Source: a virus
Lineage: Duplodnaviria > Caudoviricetes
Reading direction: 5' to 3' (one strand)
IMG/VR virus record: IMGVR_UViG_3300027419_000056
Location: 1-40,447 of that record
Length of the DNA: 40,447 nucleotides
Shown here in pieces: positions 1-9,586 of the stretch (position 1 is the first letter of the stretch; every line of letters starts with the position of its first letter). The position numbers and the translations under genes were made by a program. Below the pieces are notes generated by a model. It had not been told where the DNA came from, ran no database searches, and saw nothing but the letters and a program-made list of their open reading frames with translations.

Positions 1-127
1 AGCACGTCAGGAATCAGCGATGTTGAAAAACAACTATCAGAAAAAACTGCTGCATATAATGCTGCTGTTTCCAATATAAAAGATAATCCATATCTGTCAG
101 AAGCTACAATGACTGGACGGCTCAAGA
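1..127. repeat. Terminal direct repeat copy 1 (circular-assembly overlap)
   Basis: Bases 1-127 are identical to 40321-40447; 127 nt matches a common assembler k-mer size. Confidence 0.97.
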
Positions 128-723
128 AACTCAGTGATGAATTTGATGCAGATACAGCAGCACTCCAACGGGATATTGCAACAAAGAAAGCAGATATTGA
201 AACAAAGCTTAATCTTGAGACAAAGCAGTTTGACATCAATTCAACGGCAGCACAACAGGCGCTATCACAGTTTAATACACTTCTTGGTATGGGAGCGCTT
301 ACAAATGCAACCGGAGAAGATATTGCAAATATTACTCGTTCTACTGGTCTTTCAAGCGCTGCAATTCAATCAGCTATTGATGCAAGTACCAAAAAAGACG
401 TAAAAACATCTGTACAGACATTCACCGATGACAATGGCGTTGTTACTGCAGTTGTTATGAATTCTGAAAATGGGGAGATAATTAGCAAAACAAGCCTTGG
501 ATCTATTGGTAATGCAGAGAAAGCAACGACTGCAAAAGCAACGGAATCCGATGCGGTAAGCGCTGTTGGATCTATTATTAGTTCATACCTAACAAATGAA
601 CAGCAACAGGCATTGATATCGCCAGAAGACTTATATCGTCAATTATTGCTGAAGTATCCATTGGCTGCATCGTATATTAAAGACAATTGGACAGCAGATG
701 ATATCCGTTCAGCAACACAATAA
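1..723 (+). CDS. 3' part of a ~366-aa gene that begins at 39943 and crosses the circular join; putative internal virion/ejection protein
   Basis: Frame is open from base 1 and in frame with 39943-40320; Ala/Thr/Gln-rich, coiled-coil-like; lies after the tail/adaptor genes. Confidence 0.75.
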   Translation, partial: STSGISDVEKQLSEKTAAYNAAVSNIKDNPYLSEATMTGRLKKLSDEFDADTAALQRDIATKKADIETKLNLETKQFDINSTAAQQALSQFNTLLGMGALTNATGEDIANITRSTGLSSAAIQSAIDASTKKDVKTSVQTFTDDNGVVTAVVMNSENGEIISKTSLGSIGNAEKATTAKATESDAVSAVGSIISSYLTNEQQQALISPEDLYRQLLLKYPLAASYIKDNWTADDIRSATQ

Positions 724-732
724 GAGATATGT

Positions 733-3153
733 ATGGCTATACAGAACGATCCAGTAACATCATTTTTTTCAAGCCTAGGACAACCAACGGCAACTGTTGG
801 TAATGCGTCTGGTGATGTAGCTTCATCATTCTTCTCTAATATACAGACAACTCAACCTAAAACTGTTGCAACAGCAGTAACTCAACCTATTGTTACGCCA
901 AAAAAGACAACGATTACAGATATTACAACATTTATCAAACAATCCCCGTTTCAAGTTATAAAAAACGCTCTTGATTTTAAAAAGATAGGACAATCATTTG
1001 TTGCAGGAGCAAAAGTATTACCAAGCCAAGTAAAACAAGCAGGCGGTATCATTTTGCAAAGTGCGATAAAACAAAAAGAATTGACTGATCAGTTCTTAAA
1101 ACCAGTTAAAAAGATTGTTGGTATCACAACATCGGAATATCAAGTAGATAAGACGATAGCGACAAAGGCAAAGGAACTTGCTACAGGGTTACGTGAAACA
1201 GGTTTTGTAGGACAAAAGAAGGCGACTGAAGAATATGCAAAAACATATCAGCCATCAGAAAACTTTTCAAAGTATATTGAAATGGCTGCATTTAACCTTC
1301 CACAGGTTGCAGCAAGCACAGGATTGTCTCTTGCAACATCTCTTATTACCAAAAATCCGGCACTTGGTACTGCTCTTGGTCTTGGAACATCCTATGGATT
1401 AGGAGCAAGTGAGGTATATAATGAAGCACGTACTCAAGGAGTATCGGATAAACAGGCATTACCAATAGCTGTTGCAGGTGGGGTTATTATTGGTGCATTG
1501 GACTTTTTACCATTAGAACGACTTTTGAAGAACTCAGCAAGCGTAAAAACAATAAAGAAAAGCATTATTAAGAATATTGCCACAGGGCTAGCGAGTGCAG
1601 GGATACAATCCGGATTTGAAGGAATAACTGAAATGGCGCAGGAAATAGTCGGCAATGCTATATCTCTTACATACAATGAGCATCAGGACTTGTTTGAGGG
1701 TGCAAAAGAGGCGGGAATAGTCGGAGCACTGTTGGGAGGAGTAACGAACGTCACTCTTGATACAGTAACTGGTGTAACAAGTAAAAAAGGTGGCTCTATT
1801 GAGAAAAAAGTAGAAGAAGCCTTGTCTACACCAAAAGAAGAGCGAACTGAAGAACAAAAACAGATTGTAGAGGCTGTAACGACACAGGAATTGTCTCCAG
1901 ATGAGGCTGCAAGCTATGTTATTAATAATGATATAGGAAAAACGGAAGAAGGGAAAGCGATTATGCTTGCTGCAAATCAGGCGAAGCAGGAAGGCAAGAT
2001 TATTCGCATAATTCCCTCAGAAGACGAGAAAAGTATGGAGATTACCATTTCTGATCCGACTCCCCTCCCCTCTTTTACAGAACAGGAAGAAAAGCCAGTT
2101 TTAGCTTCAAAAGAGGAAGTAAAGCCTATAGTGGAGGAGAGTAGGGGAGAGAAAATAGAGGAAGAACAAATAAAAGAATTGTCTCCTGCACAACAGGAAT
2201 GGATAAAAAAGAATCCAAATGTAACAAATGAGGATGGATCTGTATTTATACCAAAAACAGTTGAACAATTAGCGAAGGAATATAAAAGCGCTGAAGATTT
2301 TGTAATGGCTATGAAATCTATGACGCATCCGTTAGAAATTATTAAAGAATATACATCTAATAAAAAAATTACTACCGCAGAAGAAATGGCGGATGCACTT
2401 CGTAAAACATGGGAACAATCTGCAAAAGCACCAATAGAAGGTATCTCAAAGGTTGGTGAAATTGCACAAAAACGCATAGATGAACTCAAAGCAAAACAAG
2501 GAAAGACAACAGAAAAAGAAGAAGTAGCAAAAAAACCAGAAGAAAAAAAGACAGAAATACCAAAAGAACAGCCAAAAGGTGAAGGACGGATAAAAGAAAG
2601 CAGATTTTTCAATCGGGTAAAAGAACAATTAGGCGTAGATTACGAGAATGAGAATCGTAAGTACAATGAACTCTCATTAGATGATCAGGCAGAAAAGGTC
2701 GTACAGCTTATCAAAGATGATCCTGAGAAAGCAGTACAGATTGCTCAAGGTGTTATTGATCCCCCATCAGGAATGACGCAGAATGCAGTAGCACTTGGTC
2801 TTGCAGAAGTTGCCTATGCAAAAAATGATATGCAAACAGTTGCAGACCTGTGGTCTGATACTTCCCTACGTTCAACTCGCCTTGGACAAGAAATAGTGTC
2901 ACTTCGTGGTGCATTCAATGCAGATAGCCCACTTAATGCTGTAAAAAAGATTATGTCGCTTCGCATGGAGCAAGTCATTAAAAAATACGATGCAGTAATA
3001 AAACAATTAAAAATATCACCGGAGGCTACTATGGCACAAAAATATGATGCATTGGTCAAAGACCAAAAAACAAAAGCAAAAAAACAATTAACGGAAACGG
3101 AGCGAAGGCTTGCGTCCGCACAAGAGATTATAAATAAGCTAAAATGTAAGTAA
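733..3153 (+). CDS. Large putative ejection (DNA-injection) protein, 806 aa
   Basis: Gly/Ala-rich hydrophobic helices (GLGTSYGLGASEVY, EGITEMAQE) typical of podovirus internal proteins; position between tail and lysis genes. Confidence 0.6.
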   Translation: MAIQNDPVTSFFSSLGQPTATVGNASGDVASSFFSNIQTTQPKTVATAVTQPIVTPKKTTITDITTFIKQSPFQVIKNALDFKKIGQSFVAGAKVLPSQVKQAGGIILQSAIKQKELTDQFLKPVKKIVGITTSEYQVDKTIATKAKELATGLRETGFVGQKKATEEYAKTYQPSENFSKYIEMAAFNLPQVAASTGLSLATSLITKNPALGTALGLGTSYGLGASEVYNEARTQGVSDKQALPIAVAGGVIIGALDFLPLERLLKNSASVKTIKKSIIKNIATGLASAGIQSGFEGITEMAQEIVGNAISLTYNEHQDLFEGAKEAGIVGALLGGVTNVTLDTVTGVTSKKGGSIEKKVEEALSTPKEERTEEQKQIVEAVTTQELSPDEAASYVINNDIGKTEEGKAIMLAANQAKQEGKIIRIIPSEDEKSMEITISDPTPLPSFTEQEEKPVLASKEEVKPIVEESRGEKIEEEQIKELSPAQQEWIKKNPNVTNEDGSVFIPKTVEQLAKEYKSAEDFVMAMKSMTHPLEIIKEYTSNKKITTAEEMADALRKTWEQSAKAPIEGISKVGEIAQKRIDELKAKQGKTTEKEEVAKKPEEKKTEIPKEQPKGEGRIKESRFFNRVKEQLGVDYENENRKYNELSLDDQAEKVVQLIKDDPEKAVQIAQGVIDPPSGMTQNAVALGLAEVAYAKNDMQTVADLWSDTSLRSTRLGQEIVSLRGAFNADSPLNAVKKIMSLRMEQVIKKYDAVIKQLKISPEATMAQKYDALVKDQKTKAKKQLTETERRLASAQEIINKLKCK

Positions 3154-3155
3154 CT

Positions 3156-5411
3156 ATGGCACAATACTGTATACCACCGGCACTAGCAGATAAACTCATC
3201 AAGGCCATAAAGCAGGATGATGTTATCGGCGATCTTACAAAACTCTATGAGATGACTTCAGAACAGCGCCGTGCAGCATTTGGCAAGCACGTAGATCAAT
3301 CCTCTTCACAACTGATTAACGCTGCGTTTGAGCGTGCGCTCATATCACGACAGAAGGATGCTCTCATTAAGTGGGTAAACAATACGTTTTCTGCTGAGGC
3401 TCGGAAGAAAGGCGGATATAAAAGCGCACTGCAAAAGATACAGGAATTGAATGAACAGAATCTATTAACACCTGATCAACAAGACCAGTTTCTTGAAGAC
3501 CTTGTACATGAAAAGTTAGGAGTGAAATTAAGCGCAGAAGAAGCGGGAAAAATAGCTGAACTTGCAAAGAATGTAGAAGCAGAAGCAGAAAAGGTGTCTG
3601 AGATAGGATTGCCGACTCCTGAATATTTCGCAGCGAAGGATAAAATGAACAAGTATATTCAGCAACAGATGCCATCAGCTAATTTGAAGGTAGCAACATC
3701 AACCATTGGACGAGGTGTTATGCTTGCCTCATTCAAGTCGCCAATTGTCAATATAGAATCTAACACAGTGCAAGGTATTTTGGAGGGTATACAGCGAAGA
3801 TTCTCAACAAAGAGTTATAGAGGGCTTAATAGCGATTTTGCACGGAAGTATATCAAAGAAAACATGAAAATATACCAAAAGTCCGGATATGATACCTCTC
3901 GTATGTTCTCTATTCAGGATGATAAAAAGATCCTTGGAGAAGAGATCGTACACTCACAGGGAAAAGGGATAGTGCGTGCAGCAGGAAGAATGGTTGAAGA
4001 TACGGTATTCAAACAGCTTATGGGAGCTCCTGATGTAGCATTTTCTTCTGTACACTTTGCTGATAGTGCCAATTTATCCTCAAGTAATATTGCACGTGCA
4101 GAAGGATTAAAAGGTGCTGAAGCAAAGAAACGTGCTCTTGAAATATTTAAAGATGCAATACTTCCTGATCCAAAGACTGTAACAGGCGAGTTAGTACGGT
4201 CTCAAGCTGTTGCTGATGCACAGTACTCAACATATACGAACAAGAGCAATTATTCCGATACAGCGCTTGCTATACGGTCTGTTCTCAATAAAGTATCAGG
4301 TGATACACGCATTGGAGATCAAATTATGCCATTTGTCAAAACACCAGCAAATGTTGTTGGAGCAGGTATAGATTATTCAGGTATTGCACTTCCTGTGCAG
4401 TTATACCTACTGCCAAAGGCACTTATGCAGGCAAAACATGGAGAAACAGCAGCACTGAAGAACTCAATACGAACAATAGTACGTTCTGGCCTTGGCATGA
4501 CGTTTGCATTTTTATTGTCTACCCTCTTTGAGCCTGATGATTTTATAGGCAACTACCCTACTTCACAAAAAGAACAACAGCTATTAGCTTTAAAGAATGC
4601 GACAACGAATTCAGTGCGTATTGGGAAAAAATGGGTATCACTAGACTATTTTGGCCCTCTTGCTGCACCGTTTATTGGTATTATGTATGCAAAGAAATAT
4701 GGAAAAGACAATGTAGAGCGTGTTTTAAAATACTATCAAGGTGTTGCGGCACAGGCATTGAAGATTCCCGGTGTACAAGACTTCTCTGATTTATACAAAG
4801 ATATTACAGACATGGTGAATGAGAAGAAGACAGGGAAAGAAGAGATAGGTACGGCTGCAACAAATACCATTCTTGATTATATCCGTTCTCGTACAGTTAT
4901 TGCACTTATAAGCGATTTGGCAAAGGCAACGGATAGGTCTGATCGTGTTGTTGATATAAAAACGGATCCGTTAGCACGGATAAAGGCATCAGTTCCCGGA
5001 CTCCGGCAAACACTTCCTGAAAAAACAACGATATATGGTGATACAGTCAAGGCAGAATCAGCATTGTCTACCTTTTTATTTGGTGCAAGAGTGAAAGCGG
5101 CAAATGATAATGAGATTGTGGAAGAGTTAGTTAGGTTAGATGCCGCAGGGCAACTTCCGTCCATTACAGATTATGAGAAGACGTCTACGAGGGTACAGGA
5201 GCTCAAAAAACAAATTGGAGATGGGCAATACAAACAGGCGGTATCCTATTATAAGAGTCTATTTAAAAAGGGAACGGAACAGGCAATGCGAAGCGGGAAA
5301 TACAAGTCAGGTGACGATGAAGACAAGAAAAAGCTTATTGAGAGTGCAAAAGAGGATGCGTTAGAGACAATGTTGAAGAAATATCATTATAAAAAGCCAA
5401 AGAAGGACTAA
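3156..5411 (+). CDS. Large putative ejection/internal virion protein, 751 aa
   Basis: Long helical ORF coupled to the previous gene; MPFVKTPAN and SLDYFGPLAAP segments resemble those of large phage internal proteins. Confidence 0.6.
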   Translation: MAQYCIPPALADKLIKAIKQDDVIGDLTKLYEMTSEQRRAAFGKHVDQSSSQLINAAFERALISRQKDALIKWVNNTFSAEARKKGGYKSALQKIQELNEQNLLTPDQQDQFLEDLVHEKLGVKLSAEEAGKIAELAKNVEAEAEKVSEIGLPTPEYFAAKDKMNKYIQQQMPSANLKVATSTIGRGVMLASFKSPIVNIESNTVQGILEGIQRRFSTKSYRGLNSDFARKYIKENMKIYQKSGYDTSRMFSIQDDKKILGEEIVHSQGKGIVRAAGRMVEDTVFKQLMGAPDVAFSSVHFADSANLSSSNIARAEGLKGAEAKKRALEIFKDAILPDPKTVTGELVRSQAVADAQYSTYTNKSNYSDTALAIRSVLNKVSGDTRIGDQIMPFVKTPANVVGAGIDYSGIALPVQLYLLPKALMQAKHGETAALKNSIRTIVRSGLGMTFAFLLSTLFEPDDFIGNYPTSQKEQQLLALKNATTNSVRIGKKWVSLDYFGPLAAPFIGIMYAKKYGKDNVERVLKYYQGVAAQALKIPGVQDFSDLYKDITDMVNEKKTGKEEIGTAATNTILDYIRSRTVIALISDLAKATDRSDRVVDIKTDPLARIKASVPGLRQTLPEKTTIYGDTVKAESALSTFLFGARVKAANDNEIVEELVRLDAAGQLPSITDYEKTSTRVQELKKQIGDGQYKQAVSYYKSLFKKGTEQAMRSGKYKSGDDEDKKKLIESAKEDALETMLKKYHYKKPKKD

Positions 5412-5418
5412 ATCCCTC

Positions 5419-5448
5419 TTGCCTTGCAAGAGTTTGACCTATTATGAT
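5419..5448 (+). promoter_or_regulatory. Late-type promoter for the lysis cassette (TTGCCT-18-TATGAT)
   Basis: Member of a 7-copy motif TTGMCW-TSCRMKAGTTT-N7-TANNNT. Confidence 0.65.
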
Positions 5449-5462
5449 TGATTCATTGACGT

Positions 5463-5777
5463 ATGAAACATGAAAAAGAAGTATCAGTCAAAAGCTTTAT
5501 CAAAACTAATGCTATGCAGCTACTTAGTCTTATCATGCTTAGTTTTGCTACTTACATTACTGCTCGCCTTGCTCCTTTATCTCAAGATCTAGCAGTAGTA
5601 CGATCAGAAGTGTTGGCAATGCAGGAAGACGTAAATTCATTGAAAAATCTTCAAGAAACACGGATATCAAAAGAGGAAGTATATCAAAAATTCTCCGAAT
5701 ACAAAGATAATAGCGATACACAGTTTAAAGAAATAAAAGGACAACTTCAATATATAATTTCATTACACGTAAAATAA
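5463..5777 (+). CDS. Membrane-anchored coiled-coil protein, lysis-cassette associated (holin-like?)
   Basis: One N-terminal hydrophobic helix then coiled coil; directly precedes the endolysin. Confidence 0.55.
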   Translation: MKHEKEVSVKSFIKTNAMQLLSLIMLSFATYITARLAPLSQDLAVVRSEVLAMQEDVNSLKNLQETRISKEEVYQKFSEYKDNSDTQFKEIKGQLQYIISLHVK

Positions 5778-5778
5778 T

Positions 5779-6528
5779 ATGGCAAAGCGTATCTGCCTAC
5801 AGAGTGGACATGAAGGAGTAACAATAGGAGCAACTGGTGCTCCCGGAGAAAAAGAATTGAATATCCGTATCCGTAATAAACTTTCTGATATTCTTATCTC
5901 AAAAGGTTTTGTTCTTCAACTCGTCAATGCCAATCCAACAGATGAGGAAATAAACAAAGACTATGACTTATTTCTTGCGCTTCATGGTGATGCAGATATA
6001 TATGGAACAGGTGGAGGGTTTGTAGACTATCCCGATGCATCTGTTGATTCTGCAAATGCTGAGAGCAAACGGATTAAAGAAGCAATTGAATCTATGTATT
6101 TTGGACACTCTGGAATAGTCAATCATCCAGAACGATCAAATGCGAATACGAAATTCTACTATATGTGGTCTCGCCTTTCTCAAAAAACGCCATGTGTCAT
6201 TATAGAGATGGGCGTAGTACAAGATGCACATGATAAAGTGATACTTGCAGACACTGATAGGGTTGCAAATGCCATTGCACGAGGTATTTGTAAGGCATTT
6301 GATGTTCCATTTGACGTATCAAACAGCCAAAATACACCATCAAACGGTGTTATAACTATTTCTAAGACAGAATTTGAGCAAATGAAGATGGAAATTGCAT
6401 CATATAAAGACCGATATGAGAAGACGTTGGCTAGTCTGGCGCTCATTAAAGAAGAGTGCGAACAAAAACTACAGGCTAGATTGGCTGATTTTAAAAGAAA
6501 AGTGAATGACCTAACAAGTACATTATAA
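5779..6528 (+). CDS. Endolysin, N-acetylmuramoyl-L-alanine amidase (Amidase_3) with C-terminal coiled coil
   Basis: Zn-amidase motifs ICLQSGH, EKELN, FLALHGD, VIIEMG. Confidence 0.88.
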   Translation: MAKRICLQSGHEGVTIGATGAPGEKELNIRIRNKLSDILISKGFVLQLVNANPTDEEINKDYDLFLALHGDADIYGTGGGFVDYPDASVDSANAESKRIKEAIESMYFGHSGIVNHPERSNANTKFYYMWSRLSQKTPCVIIEMGVVQDAHDKVILADTDRVANAIARGICKAFDVPFDVSNSQNTPSNGVITISKTEFEQMKMEIASYKDRYEKTLASLALIKEECEQKLQARLADFKRKVNDLTSTL

Positions 6529-6545
6529 AAACAAAGGAGGAATAT

Positions 6546-6782
6546 ATGCAATCAAAAAAATGGACACTTAATGCAGAAGAGGTAAAGAAAATAGGGAAAA
6601 ATTCTCTTATTTTTGTATCCCCTGTTGCGTTGATTTACCTAGGCTTTGTTCTTATTGCCGTAAATCAAAATGGATTTCAAGTAACAGACCTAATCCCAAG
6701 TAATGAATCCCAAACCGCAATGGTTCTATGGATGATAAACACATTTATTGACGTATTTAGAAAATTGAATGCAGGAAAATAA
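6546..6782 (+). CDS. Putative holin
   Basis: 78 aa, two hydrophobic segments, AAGGAGG RBS, immediately after the endolysin. Confidence 0.65.
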   Translation: MQSKKWTLNAEEVKKIGKNSLIFVSPVALIYLGFVLIAVNQNGFQVTDLIPSNESQTAMVLWMINTFIDVFRKLNAGK

Positions 6783-6851
6783 CATGAATCTACTCTATAC
6801 CAGAAAATTACTTTTCTATTCTCTTTTCTTGGGGTAGAGCAGAGGATCTAT

Positions 6852-6912
6852 GCCGCCCTCATCACATGGGCAAACCTAAGCGAAACACTGATGGTTGTCT
6901 ATGGAGGGCGGC
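6852..6912 (+). other. GC-rich stem-loop (GCCGCCCTC...GAGGGCGGC) after the lysis cassette
   Basis: 9-bp perfect inverted repeat; a second imperfect hairpin lies at ~6794-6839. Confidence 0.5.
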
Positions 6913-6922
6913 TGTATAGTAT

Positions 6923-7201
6923 ATGAGAAACTACGAACATTTTAAAGTAGACGGACAAATCCTTATCCCCGACCATAAAAGCGCTAAGGCCGCATATGGG
7001 TTAGACTCTCCTGAGTTTCTTGAGCAACATGATCCAAAGTTTTTACGTGAAGGACATTCTACAGTTCCCAACAAAGGATTAGTATTTCAATTAACAGAGG
7101 AAGACAAAACAGGACGCATTGTTGCTGAAAAGGAGCAATGTGACGGCGGATATAGCGAAATGAAGATACCAGAAAATAAAGTGGCATGGAAAAGGGGTTG
7201 A
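6923..7201 (+). CDS. Hypothetical protein, 92 aa
   Basis: ORF track, + strand, protein-like composition. Confidence 0.6.
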   Translation: MRNYEHFKVDGQILIPDHKSAKAAYGLDSPEFLEQHDPKFLREGHSTVPNKGLVFQLTEEDKTGRIVAEKEQCDGGYSEMKIPENKVAWKRG

Positions 7202-7222
7202 CAGACGGTGTATAATAGTAAC

Positions 7223-7312
7223 ATGAATAGAAATCCTATATATAAAATCGTTTTCACATCGGCTCTGAATATAGGCAGAACCGAGTTGAAAGCGATTTTT
7301 TTTGTGGCATAA
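7223..7312 (+). CDS. Putative leaderless 29-aa leader peptide (MNRNPIYKIVFTSALNIGRTELKAIFFVA)
   Basis: ATG is 6 nt after TATAAT (7211-7216), as for other leaderless genes here; ORF covers a terminator-like hairpin. Confidence 0.35.
   Translation: MNRNPIYKIVFTSALNIGRTELKAIFFVA
7244..7303 (+). terminator. Long intrinsic-terminator-like hairpin with T8 tail
   Basis: AAAATCGTTTTCA..TCGG.TCTG / CAGA.CCGA..TGAAAGCGATTTT followed by a T run. Confidence 0.55.
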
Positions 7313-7580
7313 GAGTATATAAGGGAAAAGCAGCCTACAGTAAAGGCGACCTATGGCAAGAGCAAGCGTGCGTTGGGAGTAACAAGCCATCCCGCCCGTG
7401 AAAGCACGCTAAGGGTTCTACACGGTGTCAAGTGAGATAATATCAAGTCCTGCGCCGTTTATAAAATACCGATGCTCTGGTATATGTGCAATTAAGAAAG
7501 ACTATATGGAGAGAATAGAAGCTTATGCCCGAAGGGCATTATAAGCTAAATTTGTCATGCGTATTTTAGCTTATTTATAT
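7313..7580 (+). other. Structured non-coding region (candidate ncRNA or replication origin)
   Basis: No + strand ORF in the track; several hairpins (AGCGTGC/GCACGCT, ATGCCC/GGGCAT, ATAAGCTAAA/TTTAGCTTAT). Confidence 0.4.
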
Positions 7581-7595
7581 CCGCCAAACATCTTC

Positions 7596-7625
7596 TTGAC
7601 AAAGCAACTGCTTGCTTGATATACT
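7596..7625 (+). promoter_or_regulatory. Early sigma70-type promoter TTGACA-18-TATACT containing palindromic operator AAGCAA-N4-TTGCTT (7602-7617)
   Basis: Near-consensus hexamers; the same operator recurs at 10550-10565; ATG 8 nt downstream. Confidence 0.8.
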
Positions 7626-7633
7626 TATAGTAC

Positions 7634-7825
7634 ATGAAAGTAAAATCCTTTATCGGAAATAATCAAAAAGCGATAGAAGAACAAGTAAACACATTTATCC
7701 GAGACGCGAAGGATGTACGGATATTGAATATTAAAAAAGATATCTCAGCAATAGATTATTCTCTTCCATATGCTTCATTAGCACCGAGAACGTATAGGAC
7801 ATTAGTATATTTTGTAAAAAAATAG
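7634..7825 (+). CDS. Hypothetical protein, 63 aa, first early gene
   Basis: ORF directly behind a strong promoter. Confidence 0.65.
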   Translation: MKVKSFIGNNQKAIEEQVNTFIRDAKDVRILNIKKDISAIDYSLPYASLAPRTYRTLVYFVKK

Positions 7826-7843
7826 TTAATAGGAAAGGATAGT

Positions 7844-8839
7844 ATGGATTACTCAAAAGCAACAGCAAATTTAATAGACAGAATGTGCAAAAACGTAGAA
7901 CGGGAAGATTTTACGTTAGATAAAAAACGAGGCGCTGAGGCCATTCTCAAAACCTATGATTTATTTGATTTACAACGACCAAAAAAAATTATATGGGTTA
8001 AAGATATTTTTGACAAGCGATTTGACGATGCCGCAGGGTCCGCATGGTCCGCAGGGTCCGCAGGGTCCGCAAGGTCCGCAAGGTCCGCAAGGTCCGCATG
8101 GTCCGCAGGGTCCGCAGGGTCCGCAAGGTCCGCAGGGTCCGCAGGGTCCGCAAGGTCCGCAAGGTCCGCAGGGTCCGCAGGGTCCGCAAGGTCCGCAAGG
8201 TCCGCAATAGATTATGACTTTGATTGGTATGTTGTAGAGCATGAGTATTGCAAAAACAGAAAAGACAATCCGGGAGATAAACCAAATGAGAATGACAGAA
8301 AATATCTCAAGTATTCTGAACTGCTCATGCAGGCAAAAGAATATGGTGTTGGCTATCGTGTAGAATGGGAAGACACACTGTATTTAGCACCTACTCCACT
8401 GGTTAAAATTGATGAAGAAAATAGATTCCATTCAGAAACATCCCCTGCTATCAGATGGAAAGGTGGAAAAGAATTGTATTTTTGGCACGGAACAAATGTA
8501 AGCCAGAAAATAATCAAGTATCCTGAAAAGCTGACAAAAAAAGACTGGATGGATGAAACAAACATTGAAATAAGACGTTGTATTCAAGAAAAGCTAGGAG
8601 AAAGGTTTGTTAAACTCCTTAGAGGAAAAACAATCAATAAGGGAATACGAGGCGAGTTGATTGAAATAGACCTGAAAGACGACCCTGATAAAGTGGCTCA
8701 CTACGTTAAAGTAAAGGATTCCTCAACAGAGAGAGAATACTACTTACGAACTCCACCAACAATCATAGATGCAGATGAAAGTGTGGCGTGGACGTTCGGA
8801 TTTGAGAGTAAACAGTATAAACCAATTGTAGAAACATAA
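7844..8839 (+). CDS. DUF6745-like protein with internal (Ser-Ala-X)19 repeat
   Basis: C-terminal [25 protein letters not shown] and [14 protein letters not shown]...VAWTFG pattern; followed by the usual RQGDV partner gene. Confidence 0.75.
   Translation: MDYSKATANLIDRMCKNVEREDFTLDKKRGAEAILKTYDLFDLQRPKKIIWVKDIFDKRFDDAAGSAWSAGSAGSARSARSARSAWSAGSAGSARSAGSAGSARSARSAGSAGSARSARSAIDYDFDWYVVEHEYCKNRKDNPGDKPNENDRKYLKYSELLMQAKEYGVGYRVEWEDTLYLAPTPLVKIDEENRFHSETSPAIRWKGGKELYFWHGTNVSQKIIKYPEKLTKKDWMDETNIEIRRCIQEKLGERFVKLLRGKTINKGIRGELIEIDLKDDPDKVAHYVKVKDSSTEREYYLRTPPTIIDADESVAWTFGFESKQYKPIVET
8037..8207. repeat. Tandem 9-bp repeat GGTCCGCA[A/G/T] x19
   Basis: Directly visible; only the ninth base varies. 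Confidence 0.97.
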
Positions 8840-8850
8840 AGGAGATTTAT

Positions 8851-9141
8851 ATGCAATTTCGTCAAGGTGATGTTTTTATAACAACAATAGAAAAAATCCC
8901 GCAAGGGGTAAAGAAAGTATTGAATAACGTGATTCTTTATGGTGAGAGTTCAGGACACGCACATAGATTAGTTGGTGGAGATGTCTTGACCAAAGGTGAT
9001 GCCATGTTTTTACGGGTAACGAAAAAGGGAACGATTGTCCATGATGAACATAAACCGATTAGTTTAAAAAAGGGATTGTATGGAGTAACACGCCAACGGG
9101 AGTATTTAAGTAAAGATATGACAAAAGTTGTTATAGACTAA
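8851..9141 (+). CDS. Conserved phage protein (RQGDV...GE.SGHAH...HDEH motif), partner of the DUF6745-like gene
   Basis: His-rich cupin-like motif; AAGGAG RBS. Confidence 0.75.
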   Translation: MQFRQGDVFITTIEKIPQGVKKVLNNVILYGESSGHAHRLVGGDVLTKGDAMFLRVTKKGTIVHDEHKPISLKKGLYGVTRQREYLSKDMTKVVID

Positions 9142-9143
9142 GT

Positions 9144-9437
9144 ATGAGACTAAAAAAGACTGATAAAATAGTATATGTATTAAAGAAGCTTATTCCCGGA
9201 GAACGGATTGGGCTTACTGGCTTTTATGCAGCAGTTCCTGATAAAGGATATAAGGGGCATCCGTTTACGATAAAGTATATGACGGGACGAAAAGATGAAA
9301 ATAATGAATGGCATTATACATTGTTAGAGAAAAAGGTTCAGGATTGGAATAAGGCGGAGATATTTCGGAAACAGCCAAACATATGGGGAAGCGGATTTTT
9401 TACATTAGGGTATTTTAAAATGACGGAGGAGATATAA
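9144..9437 (+). CDS. Hypothetical protein, 97 aa
   Basis: ORF track, coupled to upstream gene. Confidence 0.65.
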   Translation: MRLKKTDKIVYVLKKLIPGERIGLTGFYAAVPDKGYKGHPFTIKYMTGRKDENNEWHYTLLEKKVQDWNKAEIFRKQPNIWGSGFFTLGYFKMTEEI

Positions 9438-9562
9438 AAAAGAAAATAAAAGTTTTATCAGATAGTGGTTGGATAAAGAAAAAAAGTAAGTATTCAATTG
9501 GTGGAAAACCAATAAGAGAGTTTGAACGTATACGTTTTATAAGCACATCATATAAAGATTAG
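9434..9562 (+). pseudogene. 42-codon ORF with ATA in place of ATG start
   Basis: GGAGGAG RBS just upstream; fills the intergenic gap; a single G>A change would convert an ATGA overlap to the observed ATAA. Confidence 0.35.
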
Positions 9563-9586
9563 TTTAGTCTTACATAAGGATGATAC

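Noticed and set aside
1-127. Biological terminal repeat (T7-like DTR)
   Set aside because: Length equals a standard assembly k-mer and it falls mid-gene; best explained as circular overlap
7198-7216. Perfect TTGACA and TATAAT as one promoter
   Set aside because: Only 7 nt apart; the -10 pairs better with TGGAAA at 18 nt
8037-8207. Possible CRISPR array or DGR variable region
   Set aside because: No spacers (pure 9-bp tandem); no cas or reverse transcriptase gene and no template repeat in the genome
7970-8285. Minus-strand (CGP)n and (LRT)n ORFs
   Set aside because: Stop-free readings of the 9-bp tandem repeat
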